Notes: generated by a model from the sequence alone, not told the origin. Shown: positions 1 to 11,593, numbered from the stretch's first letter. The stretch: DNA of 64,000 nt from Alphaproteobacteria bacterium (GCA_047972425.1 JBKEAR010000016.1:5500-69499); one strand, 5' to 3'. A program made the numbers and translations.

Positions 1-94
1 AATTTTATTTAATAATTATTATGCACTCACCCCCAACCGAATTCAGCCTTGGCAAGCCATTATTTTAAAGCTGCAATAAAGGATACATAACCCA

Positions 95-1705
95 ATGACA
101 AGCCCAACCAACCCTACCCCATGGAAAGAAGCCGTTATTTACCAAATCTACCCGCGCTCCTTTAAAGATAGCAATAATGACGGTATTGGCGATATAAACG
201 GAATTATCGAAAAGCTCGATTATATCCAATCATTGGGTGTCGATATCATTTGGCTTTCGCCCTTTTTTAAAAGCCCCATGGATGATATGGGCTATGATGT
301 CTCGGACTATCGCGATATTGACCCGATATTCGGCACGATGAAAGATTTTGAAAATCTTGTGGCCGAAGCCGAAAAACACGGGCTTATCATTATGATGGAT
401 ATGGTGATGAACCATTGCTCGGATGAACATTTTTGGTTTACCGAGGCCTGTAAATCGGTGGATAATTCTTATCATGACTATTTTATATGGACAGATAAAC
501 CCAATAATTGGGTATCGTTATTTAGTGGCTCGGCTTGGGAATATGTGCCATCGGTCGGGAAATATTATTTGCATGTATTTTCTAAAAAACAGCCCGATCT
601 CAATTGGGAGAACCCCCAATTACGTGCAGAAATGCAAGATGTTATCCGCTTTTGGCTCAACAAAGGGGTAAAAGCCATTCGCTTTGATGCCATTACTTCT
701 ATCTCCAAACCCCATGGCTTCCCCGATGCACCCAATAATTTAGGCTTAACCGATTTTATCTCTTTTGGCCCCCATTTGGCCGAATGGTTAGAGGAAATTA
801 ATAGGGATGTTTTTGCTGAATATGATGTAATTACCGTGGGCGAAGGCCCGGCCATTGTGGATGATGAAATTACCACCATTACGGGTGATGATAAATGTTT
901 GCAAACCCTGCATGTGTTTAATGCCCATGGTCAGGATATCCGCGGTGGTGTGTTATTTAAGGCATGGCCGTTTGATGCTGCCCAATGGCAAAAAGATAGC
1001 CAAAGCTGGGCACAAGATTGTGATCGGCTCGCTATTTGGAATACAAGCGTTATTCAAAATCATGATTTACCGCGCATTGTCTCTCGCTTTGGTAACGATG
1101 GTGAATATTGGCAGCAATCCGCCAGCTTATGGGCAGTATGGAGCCTCACACAAAAGGCAGCTATTTATATTTATCAGGGCGAAGAATTGGGCATGCGCAA
1201 CCATGAATTTACGAGTCTTGATGAATATAAAGATGTTCAGGTACTCAATTTTGCTAAAGAAGTAGAGGATAGAGGTGAAAATTTAGCTGATTATTGGAGC
1301 GATATTAACTACCGCGCACGCGATAATGCTCGCACCCCGATGCAATGGGATAAAACCCAACCCTATTACGGATTTTCTGCCCACAAGCCTTGGATTAACG
1401 GCAATGAAGACGCTATTGATGCTTTAACGTCGCCCATTGTTGATGTATATCGCAAGCTTATTACCTTGCGCAAACAATATAAAGATATTTTGGTTTATGG
1501 CGATATTGTTTTTGATGAAAATAAAGGAGACGGTATTATTGGCTATAAACGCATCGGCAAGGATGAAATTTGGCAAATAATCCTTAATTTTTCCGATAAT
1601 ATTAAAGATTGTAATATCCCAAAAGGAAAAATCATTTATAATGATTACAATCACTTGAACCATGCGCAATTGCAGCCATGGCAGGCTCTGATTATAGAGT
1701 TATAA
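95..1705 (+). CDS. GH13 alpha-glucosidase / oligo-1,6-glucosidase
   Basis: WKEAVIYQIYPRSFKDSNNDGIGDI N-terminus; DMVMNHCS, RFDAI, QNHDLPR, YIYQGEELGM and RDNARTPMQW motifs. Confidence 0.93.
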   Translation: MTSPTNPTPWKEAVIYQIYPRSFKDSNNDGIGDINGIIEKLDYIQSLGVDIIWLSPFFKSPMDDMGYDVSDYRDIDPIFGTMKDFENLVAEAEKHGLIIMMDMVMNHCSDEHFWFTEACKSVDNSYHDYFIWTDKPNNWVSLFSGSAWEYVPSVGKYYLHVFSKKQPDLNWENPQLRAEMQDVIRFWLNKGVKAIRFDAITSISKPHGFPDAPNNLGLTDFISFGPHLAEWLEEINRDVFAEYDVITVGEGPAIVDDEITTITGDDKCLQTLHVFNAHGQDIRGGVLFKAWPFDAAQWQKDSQSWAQDCDRLAIWNTSVIQNHDLPRIVSRFGNDGEYWQQSASLWAVWSLTQKAAIYIYQGEELGMRNHEFTSLDEYKDVQVLNFAKEVEDRGENLADYWSDINYRARDNARTPMQWDKTQPYYGFSAHKPWINGNEDAIDALTSPIVDVYRKLITLRKQYKDILVYGDIVFDENKGDGIIGYKRIGKDEIWQIILNFSDNIKDCNIPKGKIIYNDYNHLNHAQLQPWQALIIEL

Positions 1706-1758
1706 GTTATTTTTTAGATTATTATCAATAAAATGATTAGAAAAAAATATAAACTTAC

Positions 1759-1787
1759 TTGACGAAACACTATAGTAATCCTAAATT
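1759..1787 (+). promoter_or_regulatory. sigma70-type promoter of trxA
   Basis: TTGACG-N17-TAAATT upstream of GAAGGA RBS and ATG 1830. Confidence 0.55.
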
Positions 1788-1829
1788 GAAAATACCGACC
1801 ATAGAGAAATTTAGAAGGAATAGAAAGTT

Positions 1830-2144
1830 ATGACCTTAAATGTAACCCAAGATAATTTTCAGGCAGAAGTCATTGATGCCGATAAACCCGTTATCGTTGA
1901 TGTTTGGGCAAGCTGGTGTGGCCCATGTAAAATGCTCTCACCCATTATTGATGCCCTTGATACCGAAATGGACAATGTAAAATTTGTTAAACTTAATGCC
2001 GATGAAAATCAAGAGTTAACCGCAGCCTTAGGTGTACGCAATTTACCAACACTTGTATTATTTAAAAATGGTGCCGTTGAAACCGTGCGTATGGGTGCAG
2101 CCCCTAAAGGCCAAATTCAAGCATGGGTTAATCAAAATATCTAA
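1830..2144 (+). CDS. trxA: thioredoxin
   Basis: WCGPC active site, 104 aa. Confidence 0.97.
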   Translation: MTLNVTQDNFQAEVIDADKPVIVDVWASWCGPCKMLSPIIDALDTEMDNVKFVKLNADENQELTAALGVRNLPTLVLFKNGAVETVRMGAAPKGQIQAWVNQNI

Positions 2145-2172
2145 ATGATTCAATATCTATTATAAAAATTTT

Positions 2173-2197
2173 AAGAGGGCTTTTGCCCTCTTTTTTT
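2173..2197 (+). terminator. intrinsic terminator after trxA
   Basis: AAGAGGGC-TTTT-GCCCTCTT followed by T run. Confidence 0.85.
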
Positions 2198-2304
2198 GTT
2201 CAAATAAATAATTGCATGAAACCATGCATATGTAAAATGCGCTTAACAATAAATCAATATCATGTTACAGATAATAGAGATTTCATAGAACAAGGCGCAT
2301 AATA

Positions 2305-3429
2305 ATGGGTGAGCAAAAAGTAACGTTAGATAAAGCAAGTTTATATTGGATAATCGCTACAGTTGTGGTTATTACATTCGCTTTTTTAAATATGATCCAA
2401 ATGTTTTTGGTTCCATTATTTTTAGCCGCTATTTTAAGCATGTTATTTGCCCCGATATTTCGTTGGTTTAATCAACATTTAAAAAATCGCCCAATCTTTT
2501 CATCAATACTCACTATATTTACGGTTATTATAGCCCTGATATTTCCGCTATTTTTCATTATTGATATCATTATCAAACAAACAAGCGAATATATGGTTCA
2601 TGCGCGAACACTCACAAGCAATATCTCCCAAACCAGTACAGCCGATACCATTATATTTATCGAAAAACTCCCATTTGGTCACTGGATTATTGCACACCAA
2701 ACAGAAATTTTAACCAAAGTTGCCGAAATTTCTCAAAAAATAGCAACAATTGTTCTGAATTTATTGCCGGCTATTGGGCAGCAAGCGGTTTCCTTCTTTT
2801 TAAGCATGTTTATCATGCTTTATGCCATGTTTTTCTTTTTACAATATAAGGGAAATCTTTTTAGCAAGTTATTTGCCTATACAGGATTACCAAACGAAAT
2901 TAAAGATGAGTTATCGGAGCGTGTTATTTCCATTAGCCGCGCAACGATTAAAGGAACGATTATTATTGGTATTGTCCAAGGACTTTTAGGTGGTATCGGT
3001 TTTGCGCTTACAGGCGCACCTGCCCCCGCATTTTTAGGGGCTGTTATGGCCATAGCATCAATCATACCGGGTATTGGTACGGCGGTTGTTTGGATACCTG
3101 TTGTAATTTATTTATTTATGCAAGGCCAAACCATGCATGCCACTATATTATTGGCATGGTCGGCCGGTATTGTGGGAACAATCGATAATATTTTACGCCC
3201 CCGTTTGGTGGGAAATGATACAAAAATGCCAGATTTATTAATATTAATCAGCACATTAGGCGGTATAAGCGTTTTTGGTGCTGTGGGTATTATCTTAGGC
3301 CCTGTAATTGCCGGTTTATTTGTGAGTATTTGGGCTGTAGTTAAGGATCATAATAACGATATTGATTATAAAATAGATGATGTGTCTCAAGCACAAGGAG
3401 GATCTAATGCCAACAAAAAAAGAGCTTGA
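2305..3429 (+). CDS. AI-2E family transporter
   Basis: Multi-TM 374 aa; IPGIGTAVVW, DNILRPRLVG and GAVGIILGPVI motifs. Confidence 0.9.
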   Translation: MGEQKVTLDKASLYWIIATVVVITFAFLNMIQMFLVPLFLAAILSMLFAPIFRWFNQHLKNRPIFSSILTIFTVIIALIFPLFFIIDIIIKQTSEYMVHARTLTSNISQTSTADTIIFIEKLPFGHWIIAHQTEILTKVAEISQKIATIVLNLLPAIGQQAVSFFLSMFIMLYAMFFFLQYKGNLFSKLFAYTGLPNEIKDELSERVISISRATIKGTIIIGIVQGLLGGIGFALTGAPAPAFLGAVMAIASIIPGIGTAVVWIPVVIYLFMQGQTMHATILLAWSAGIVGTIDNILRPRLVGNDTKMPDLLILISTLGGISVFGAVGIILGPVIAGLFVSIWAVVKDHNNDIDYKIDDVSQAQGGSNANKKRA

Positions 3430-3694
3430 AGAACAAGTAAAATATTTACAGCAAGAGCTAGAAAATGCCAAAAAAACAACGGCTACACGAGTGCAAACTA
3501 CAGGGGAGCTACCCTTTGAGGATAAACAGATAGAATATGAGGAAGCGGTAACGGATATTGATTTTAAAGAAATTGAATCCGAGCTTTCGGAGCTATTAAA
3601 AGAGCTTAAATCATTTACAAAAGAGTACCCGATGATGAGTATGGTGGGTGCTGGTTTATTAGGCATTTTAATCGGCCGCTTGGTTTCGAAATAG
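3407..3694 (+). CDS. DUF883/ElaB-YqjD-like tail-anchored protein
   Basis: AAGGAGG RBS at 3395-3401 favours ATG 3407 over 3377; coiled-coil N-terminus and C-terminal P..S..GAGLLGILIGRL anchor. Confidence 0.65.
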   Translation: MPTKKELEEQVKYLQQELENAKKTTATRVQTTGELPFEDKQIEYEEAVTDIDFKEIESELSELLKELKSFTKEYPMMSMVGAGLLGILIGRLVSK

Positions 3695-3705
3695 GGGAGG
3701 AAAAA

Positions 3706-4218
3706 ATGAATTTTGGTCAGCATCTCAAAATATTTTTAACCACACAAAAAATCCTAAGTGAATATCAAGCCAAAAGTAATTTGCACCGCTATACTTACTA
3801 TTTATTTGCAGTGATGTTTTTATTTTTTGCAATCATTTTGCTTAATGTGGGTATCTATTTTTATTTAATGCCTATTTTTGGGCTGGCACGCTCGGCAATG
3901 ATACTCTCGCCGGGTAATATCCTTGTTGCCTTTGCATTATATTATTTTGCCACCCGCCGAAAAGAAAGCGATGAAATACAAGCTTTAAAGAAAATACGTA
4001 ATCAATCTTTAACCGAGCTAGAGGCATCGGTATCGGAAATGAAAACCGATTTTGATTCTGTACGCACAGATATAACCAAATTACAGCAAAATATACACCA
4101 ATTCTCAAAAGACCCTATCGGTACATTAATGCCCATGTCGGCCTTTTCATCAGCACTTAATTTAATCCGTATGGCAAAGTCAAAAAAGACAAAAGGAAAA
4201 GAAATCGAAAAGTCATAA
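3706..4218 (+). CDS. YqjE/phage-holin-superfamily-like membrane protein
   Basis: Two TM helices then coiled coil; follows ElaB-like gene as in yqjD-yqjE modules; GGGGAGG RBS. Confidence 0.5.
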   Translation: MNFGQHLKIFLTTQKILSEYQAKSNLHRYTYYLFAVMFLFFAIILLNVGIYFYLMPIFGLARSAMILSPGNILVAFALYYFATRRKESDEIQALKKIRNQSLTELEASVSEMKTDFDSVRTDITKLQQNIHQFSKDPIGTLMPMSAFSSALNLIRMAKSKKTKGKEIEKS

Positions 4219-4228
4219 TAAAATAAAA

Positions 4229-4253
4229 AAAGAGCCATAAAACATGGCTCTTT
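4229..4253. terminator. bidirectional terminator
   Basis: AAAGAGCCAT-AAAAC-ATGGCTCTTT between convergent genes. Confidence 0.8.
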
Positions 4254-4259
4254 ATTATT

Positions 4260-5759
4260 TTAACGTCCTCTCATAATAGAACCTAAAATTCCACGGGCAA
4301 TTTCGCGCCCAATTTTGCTCGATGCCGCCCGAACAGCCGACTTCATTGCAGCCTCGGCCATCGTTTGGCGGTTTGATGACCGTGTGGTGCGGTAAGAAGT
4401 TGAAGAGCGGCGTTCACGCTCATACTGAAACTCACGCTCTTTTTCCCTTTGTGCCAATTCGGCATCGGCCACTTTTTTCTCAGCACGCTCCTGCAACATC
4501 TCATAGGCCGAGCGCGGATCTTCCTCGGTATCATATTTAGTGCCAATGGGCGAAATAGCAATTAAATGGCGGCGCTCAGCATCGGTAATCGGGCCCATGC
4601 GGCTATGGGGCGGGCGAATAAGCGTGCGTTGCACAACCGATGGCACACCCTTTTTCTCTAAAGTAGAAATCAAAGCTTCGCCCACACCCATTTGGGTAAT
4701 AACCTCTAAAGTATCAAATTCGGGGTTCGCTCTAAATGTATCGGCCGCGGCACGTATTACCTTTTGCTCATTGGGTGTATAAGCACGCAAAGCATGTTGA
4801 ATACGGCAACCCAATTGTGCCGATACACTATCGGGCAAATCTTTGGGGTTTTGTGTCACAAAGAATACCCCCACCCCTTTGGAGCGAATTAAGCGCACCA
4901 CTTGCTCAATTTTATCGAGCAATGCATTTGAGATATCATCAAAAATCAAATGGGCTTCATCGAAAAATAAAACCAATTTGGGTTTATCTACATCGCCAGC
5001 CTCGGGGAGTTCTTCAAATAATTCCGAGAGTAAATAAAGCAAAAACGTACCGTAAATCTTTGGTCTTGTCATTAAATTTTCGGCTGCTAAAATATTAATC
5101 GCTCCCCGCCCACTTGCATCGGTGCGCATTAAATCATTAAGCTCCAATGCGGGCTCGGTAAAAAATTGTTTGGCTCCTTCTTGTTTAAGTGCCATTAATT
5201 TTCGTTGTATTGTCCCCACCGATGCCGTTGTAATATTGCCATATTCAAAGGCAAGGTCTTTACGGTTTTCGACCATAAAATTCAGCATTGCCGAAAGGTC
5301 ATCTAAATTGAGCATCAACATACCTTGGTCATCCGCAATGGCAAAAGCCGCATATAATATGCCCTCTTGCGCTTCGCTTAGCTCTAAAATACGGGTAAGC
5401 ATTAATGGCCCCATTTCCGAAATTGAGCTACGCACCGGATGACCAAGCTGCCCATCAATATCCCATAAAATACTCGGAAAACCCATCATACCATAAGGCT
5501 CATACCCAATTTTTTTAGCGCGTTCTTCTAAAAAAGGCTTCATTTCGCCCGGTTGCGAAATACCGGTTAAATCCCCTTTAACATCAGAAACAAAAACCGG
5601 TATGCCGTAATCGGATAAACTTTCGGCCAAAGTTTGCAACGTTACGGTTTTACCTGTACCGGTGGCTCCGGCAATAAGGCCATGGCGGTTAATATATTCA
5701 ATATCCAACTCAACCGTATTGCCAGCTTCGGTTCCGCCAATAAAGATTTTATCTCCCAT
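4260..5759 (-). CDS. DUF853 / YjgR HerA-like ATPase
   Basis: RHGLIAGATGTGKT Walker A, SDVKGDL, LFFDEAHL Walker B, IRSKGVGVFFVTQNP. Confidence 0.92.
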   Translation of the reverse strand: MGDKIFIGGTEAGNTVELDIEYINRHGLIAGATGTGKTVTLQTLAESLSDYGIPVFVSDVKGDLTGISQPGEMKPFLEERAKKIGYEPYGMMGFPSILWDIDGQLGHPVRSSISEMGPLMLTRILELSEAQEGILYAAFAIADDQGMLMLNLDDLSAMLNFMVENRKDLAFEYGNITTASVGTIQRKLMALKQEGAKQFFTEPALELNDLMRTDASGRGAINILAAENLMTRPKIYGTFLLYLLSELFEELPEAGDVDKPKLVLFFDEAHLIFDDISNALLDKIEQVVRLIRSKGVGVFFVTQNPKDLPDSVSAQLGCRIQHALRAYTPNEQKVIRAAADTFRANPEFDTLEVITQMGVGEALISTLEKKGVPSVVQRTLIRPPHSRMGPITDAERRHLIAISPIGTKYDTEEDPRSAYEMLQERAEKKVADAELAQREKEREFQYERERRSSTSYRTTRSSNRQTMAEAAMKSAVRAASSKIGREIARGILGSIMRGR

Positions 5760-5772
5760 CTATTTAAGCTCC

Positions 5773-7182
5773 TTAATTATTATATAATTGATGTTCTACC
5801 CAGCTAGAAAATTGGGGCAATTGCTCCCAATCTAAACTTTCGGGGTAAGAGTTTTTTCCAAATGTTCGGGCATCTTGCAATTCTTCTATGGTAATTGTTA
5901 ATCCCCATAAATGTTCTTTGCGTTTTTTGGCAACATCAAATATTTTAACCACCATTTCTTGCACAGCGGCATCTAATGCCACATATTGCGGCGCAACGGT
6001 AATATATTCACCATCAATCACAAAAACATCATCGGCAATCTGATACATCGTGCTATCAATATCTTGCTCTAAAGATGATAATACCCGCATGCCGCCCATC
6101 ATAATCGCAATCGCCAACGCCCGAATTTCAAATTTTGATAAACCCAAATTACGCCCAACCTCGCGCAACGGGCCTTCAGATAAATAATTGAGACCATAAC
6201 GAAAGCTATTCATAAATGTGGCAATCTCTGTGAGCGATGCTTTTTCGGTCATCCGATGAAAAGCTGCCGTATAATCAAGTTTATCGCTATTGCGGGTAAA
6301 ATACTGCTCAATAATTGCATCGAAATTTTGGGGAGCAAACATTGGCACCGCCAAAGCTTCTTTGGGCCAACGGGTGGGTAATTTTTGTTTCAGCCAAGGT
6401 GAATTGGGGTCATTCAACAACAAATCTATCACCTTACGCATGCCATCGGCTTCGCGATTAGTTCTCGTTTGCCATAATTTTCTACCCGCTAAAAATCCCT
6501 TGCTGATTTGTTGCCAATCCATTTTTTGCCGAAAAATCGGCTCGGCCATTTGTAATAAATAATTTTTGGCTTCATCTTTAGTTAAATAACCCAATTTGGC
6601 ATCGGTGCCACTACGTATCAGCATAACAGCCCGCACAATATCCCAAGCTAAAATGTTAGAATTTGCATAAAATTGCCGATTATGCTGAATATCGTTTAAA
6701 ACTTTTTTATCTTTTTCAGATTCTAGCTGATTAATAAATTGTTGGGCATCTTGTATTTCTTTTTGCACAACCGATGCGATCATCAACTCATCTACCCGCC
6801 GAGAGCCAACGGTTCGCATTTGCTCTAAACAATTTAACAGGGCATTTTTATTTTTTATCTTCCAAAACTCAATAAGGGTTTTGGGGTCGGTTTCAATAAT
6901 ATCTACGGCTTGCCGATTGGCTATAGCATAGGGTGCACCCAGTGCAATCGTAAAATTAAGCGCATTATTTACAAATTTATCAATGGTATTTTTATAAATA
7001 ATTTCGTTTTCGGTTATTTTTTTGGTCGGTAATTCTTGGAAGGATTTTCTGTTTCGCATTCCCTTTGGTGTTAACATTAAAATTAACAATACCGAGCACC
7101 CAAAAATGAGAACAAAAAAACCAATAATAACGGCCGCAGCTAATAATGGATGAATTTTTGCCCATTCTGTTATAATTGTCAT
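5773..7182 (-). CDS. membrane-anchored DUF1266-domain protein with extra C-terminal region
   Basis: N-terminal TM; ILAWDIVRAV..GYLTKDEA..GFLAGRKLW..LLNDPNSPW pattern typical of DUF1266. Confidence 0.65.
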   Translation of the reverse strand: MTIITEWAKIHPLLAAAVIIGFFVLIFGCSVLLILMLTPKGMRNRKSFQELPTKKITENEIIYKNTIDKFVNNALNFTIALGAPYAIANRQAVDIIETDPKTLIEFWKIKNKNALLNCLEQMRTVGSRRVDELMIASVVQKEIQDAQQFINQLESEKDKKVLNDIQHNRQFYANSNILAWDIVRAVMLIRSGTDAKLGYLTKDEAKNYLLQMAEPIFRQKMDWQQISKGFLAGRKLWQTRTNREADGMRKVIDLLLNDPNSPWLKQKLPTRWPKEALAVPMFAPQNFDAIIEQYFTRNSDKLDYTAAFHRMTEKASLTEIATFMNSFRYGLNYLSEGPLREVGRNLGLSKFEIRALAIAIMMGGMRVLSSLEQDIDSTMYQIADDVFVIDGEYITVAPQYVALDAAVQEMVVKIFDVAKKRKEHLWGLTITIEELQDARTFGKNSYPESLDWEQLPQFSSWVEHQLYNN

Positions 7183-7388
7183 TTATATTATAACCTTTTT
7201 ATTTCTTTATATCTTGGTTTTACCATAGATTTTTTATATCTAAAAGTCAAAGCCTTTGCACGGTTAAATACAGTATGCAGATTCGTTTAATAAAGCCAAC
7301 ATTTAAATATTTTTAAACCATATTGATAGACATTTATTATAAAAATTGAATATTTTGCCCGAAAATTCAAAAATAATCGGCTTGTTAC

Positions 7389-7417
7389 TTGCTTATATAG
7401 ATTATGCGGATTAAAGT
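7389..7417 (+). promoter_or_regulatory. putative promoter of ilvBHC
   Basis: TTGCTT-N17-TAAAGT upstream of GAGGAG RBS. Confidence 0.4.
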
Positions 7418-7458
7418 GGTATGCTTTTTATAACTTAGATGCAAGAGGAGTATCGCAA

Positions 7459-9231
7459 ATGAGCGAGCATACATATACTGGAGCTGAAATTGTAATGAAA
7501 GCCTTGGCGGATCAAGGCGTGGATGTTATGTTTGGTTACCCCGGTGGTGTGCTATTGCCCGTCTATGACGAACTCTATAAGCAAAATCAGGTCCGCCACG
7601 TGCTGCCACGGCATGAGCAAGGCGGTGTCCATGCGGCCGAAGGTTATGCAAGGTCTACCGGTAAAGTAGGTGTTGTTATGGCAACATCGGGGCCCGGCGC
7701 AACCAATACCATTACCGGTTTGGCCGATGCCATGATGGATTCTATCCCCCTTGTTTGTATTACAGGGCAAGTTCCGCTTTCCATGATTGGTAACGATGCC
7801 TTTCAAGAGGCCGATACTGTAGGCATTACCCGCCCGGTGACAAAACATAATTATTTGGTAACCGATGTTAATGATTTGGCCAAAACAATCCATGAGGCTT
7901 TTCATGTTGCTGCAACCGGCCGCCCCGGCCCTGTTGTGGTGGATTTACCCAAAGATGTTGCTTTATCTCGTGGGCAGTATCAAAAACCATCAGAGGTTGA
8001 ATATGTAAATGTGGTTCAATATCGCGAACCTACAATGGCCGAGATTGATGAAGTTTTAGATATGATTTCTAATGCGCGCCGTCCGGTTATATATGGTGGT
8101 GGTGGCTTAATTGTTGCCGGCCCTGAGGCTTGCGATAATTTACGGCGTTTTAGCTCACTTGCTGCTCTACCTGTTACCTTAACCTTAATGGGCTTAGGTG
8201 CTATACCGACTGACCACCCCAATTACTTGGGTATGCTTGGTATGCACGGTACATATGAGGCCAATATGGCCATGTATGAGTGCGATTTAATGATTGCTTT
8301 GGGCGCACGTTTTGACGACCGTGTAACGGGGGTGCTTTCTAAATTCTCACCCCGCTCTAAAAAAATTCAGGTCGATGTTGACCCTTCTTCTATCAATAAA
8401 AATGTATTGGTTAATTTACCGATTATTGCCAATGTTGGTACATTTTTAGATATGCTCGTAAAACGTTGGGAAGAACGCGATATGAGCGTTAATCCGGAGC
8501 AAAAATTTTGGTGGAACCAAATTGAGGCTTGGCGTGCCCGTGAGAGCTTAAAAGTTCGCAGTAACGATAAATTGCTCCGCCCGCAAAATGTGGTTAAAAT
8601 GGTTGATGAGATGACCAAAAATCTCAACCCGATTATTGCAACCGATGTTGGCCAACACCAAATGTGGGCAGCACAATATTGCTCGTTTAAAAAACCCAAT
8701 GATTGGCTTACAAGTGGTGGCCTTGGTACAATGGGTTATGGTTTGCCGGCCGCTATGGGTGCCCAAGTAGCTAATCCGGATAGACTTGTATTATTATTTA
8801 CGGGCGATGGTTCTATCCAAATGAATATCCAAGAGCTTGGTACATTAAAAGCCTATGATTTACCCGTAAAAATTATTTTATTAAATAATGGTAGCTTAGG
8901 CATGGTACGCCAATGGCAACAAATGTTCCATGGTAAGAGATATTCGGAAAGCTTATTCCAAGACCAACCCGATTTTGTTAAATTGGCCGAGGCTTACGGC
9001 GCAAAAGGTATACGGGTATTTACCCCCGATGAACTTGAAGGCGCTATTAAAGAAATGCTTGCCCATGATGGTGCAGTATTTATGGATATTATGGTAGAGC
9101 CCGAAGAATTGGTATTACCCATGATCCCTGCGGGTAAAGGCCATAATGAAATTATTATGGGCAGTTATGACGATGACGATAACGATAATTTTGGTAAAGA
9201 CGGTGCCGAAGGCGGCATGGTTTTAACCTAA
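7459..9231 (+). CDS. ilvB: acetolactate synthase large subunit
   Basis: FGYPGG, RHEQGGVHAAEGYAR, TDVGQHQMWAAQ, GDGSIQMN TPP motif. Confidence 0.97.
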   Translation: MSEHTYTGAEIVMKALADQGVDVMFGYPGGVLLPVYDELYKQNQVRHVLPRHEQGGVHAAEGYARSTGKVGVVMATSGPGATNTITGLADAMMDSIPLVCITGQVPLSMIGNDAFQEADTVGITRPVTKHNYLVTDVNDLAKTIHEAFHVAATGRPGPVVVDLPKDVALSRGQYQKPSEVEYVNVVQYREPTMAEIDEVLDMISNARRPVIYGGGGLIVAGPEACDNLRRFSSLAALPVTLTLMGLGAIPTDHPNYLGMLGMHGTYEANMAMYECDLMIALGARFDDRVTGVLSKFSPRSKKIQVDVDPSSINKNVLVNLPIIANVGTFLDMLVKRWEERDMSVNPEQKFWWNQIEAWRARESLKVRSNDKLLRPQNVVKMVDEMTKNLNPIIATDVGQHQMWAAQYCSFKKPNDWLTSGGLGTMGYGLPAAMGAQVANPDRLVLLFTGDGSIQMNIQELGTLKAYDLPVKIILLNNGSLGMVRQWQQMFHGKRYSESLFQDQPDFVKLAEAYGAKGIRVFTPDELEGAIKEMLAHDGAVFMDIMVEPEELVLPMIPAGKGHNEIIMGSYDDDDNDNFGKDGAEGGMVLT

Positions 9232-9265
9232 GATAATGCAGAAAAATATATAAGGAGTATGTAAT

Positions 9266-9784
9266 ATGACCAATGATCCAACCATTAGAACCCATACAAT
9301 CTGTGTTATCGTTAAAAATGAGTCCGGTGTCTTATCCCGTGTCATCGGATTATTTTCGGGGCGCGGATATAATATTGATAGCTTAACCGTGGCTGAGGTT
9401 GATGACGAAAAAGGCCTAAGCCGTATTACCATTGTCACCTCAGGTACCGAGCAAATTATCGAGCAAATTAAAGCCCAGCTTAATCGTTTGGTTCCGGTGC
9501 ATCGGGTACGCGATTTAACGGTGGATGGCCCTGCCGTTGAGCGTGAATTAGCCTTAATTAAAGTACAAGGCACCCATGATGACCGCCTAGAGGCTTTACG
9601 CATTGCCGATATTTATCGCGCCAGAGCGGTAGATAGCACATTAGAAAGCTTTGTGTTCGAAATTGTGGGCTCAACCGAAAAAATTAACGCCTTTATTGCG
9701 CTAATGAAACCATTAGGGTTGGTCAATATTGCCCGTACTGGTGTTGCGGCGATATCGCGTGGCTTAACCGATGACCAAAAATAA
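9266..9784 (+). CDS. ilvH: acetolactate synthase small subunit
   Basis: NESGVLSRVIGLFSGRGYNIDSLTV ACT domain; ERELALIKV. Confidence 0.96.
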   Translation: MTNDPTIRTHTICVIVKNESGVLSRVIGLFSGRGYNIDSLTVAEVDDEKGLSRITIVTSGTEQIIEQIKAQLNRLVPVHRVRDLTVDGPAVERELALIKVQGTHDDRLEALRIADIYRARAVDSTLESFVFEIVGSTEKINAFIALMKPLGLVNIARTGVAAISRGLTDDQK

Positions 9785-9866
9785 TAGGTCATAATACTTG
9801 ACCTATATGGCCGTTACCGATAAAATGGCCGAGTTTTTTATATTTATTTATATTTATTGACTTTAG

Positions 9867-10919
<1,053 letters not shown>

Positions 10920-10945
10920 TATTTAAAAATTCGTTTATATTTTAG

Positions 10946-10984
10946 TGCCTTTGTTATAACAGCTATAACAAAGGCATTTTTTTT
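10946..10984 (+). terminator. intrinsic terminator after ilvC
   Basis: 13-bp stem TGCCTTTGTTATA/TATAACAAAGGCA plus T run. Confidence 0.85.
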
Positions 10985-11071
10985 AGCCTTTATTTCAACA
11001 TAAAGTTATGGTTATTTTAGCTTGTCACAAAAATACTGTGTCGAAATAAACATTATTCAAGGAATATTCGA

Positions 11072-11575
11072 ATGAAAAAAGTACTTTTAGCTACAGCATT
11101 ATTCACATCTTTTGCGACTGCTGCCTATGCCGCAGATATGCCCAGCCCTGAAGAAACATTAAAATTTATGACTGAGCAGATGGAAAAAAATATTGCCGAT
11201 ATGGATACAGACGGTGATAAAGCTGTTTCTGTTGAAGAATATACAAAAGCCACTAACGATAAAGCTGCAACTTTTGATACAGACGGTACAGCCGGTTTAA
11301 GTGCAGAGGAATATAAAACATTTGCTTTAGCTCAATTAGATGAAGCTGCTGCTGCAAACCCTGCAATGGCAAGCCAAATGGACCAGATGAAATCAATGAT
11401 GGATGCTGGCCTTGCTGTGGTTATGCAACAATTTGATGCCGATAAAGATGGTAACTTAAGCATAGAAGAACTCGGGCCAGTTAATGCAAGCGGTTTTTCA
11501 ATGACTGACTTTAACCAAGACGGTAAAATTGATATGACTGATCTTGATGTTATCAAAGCACAAATGGGTATGTAA
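11072..11575 (+). CDS. secreted EF-hand calcium-binding protein
   Basis: Signal peptide (AYA); four DxDxDG-like loops: DTDGDKAVSVEE, DTDGTAGLSAEE, DADKDGNLSIEE, DFNQDGKIDMTD. Confidence 0.8.
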   Translation: MKKVLLATALFTSFATAAYAADMPSPEETLKFMTEQMEKNIADMDTDGDKAVSVEEYTKATNDKAATFDTDGTAGLSAEEYKTFALAQLDEAAAANPAMASQMDQMKSMMDAGLAVVMQQFDADKDGNLSIEELGPVNASGFSMTDFNQDGKIDMTDLDVIKAQMGM

Positions 11576-11593
11576 GTTCCCTTTATATCCTAT

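Noticed and set aside
7404-7433. Possible ilv attenuator leader peptide MRIKVVCFL
   Set aside because: No SD, no terminator/antiterminator hairpin in the 25 nt before ilvB, and it overlaps the best promoter candidate, so it would probably not be transcribed from its ATG.
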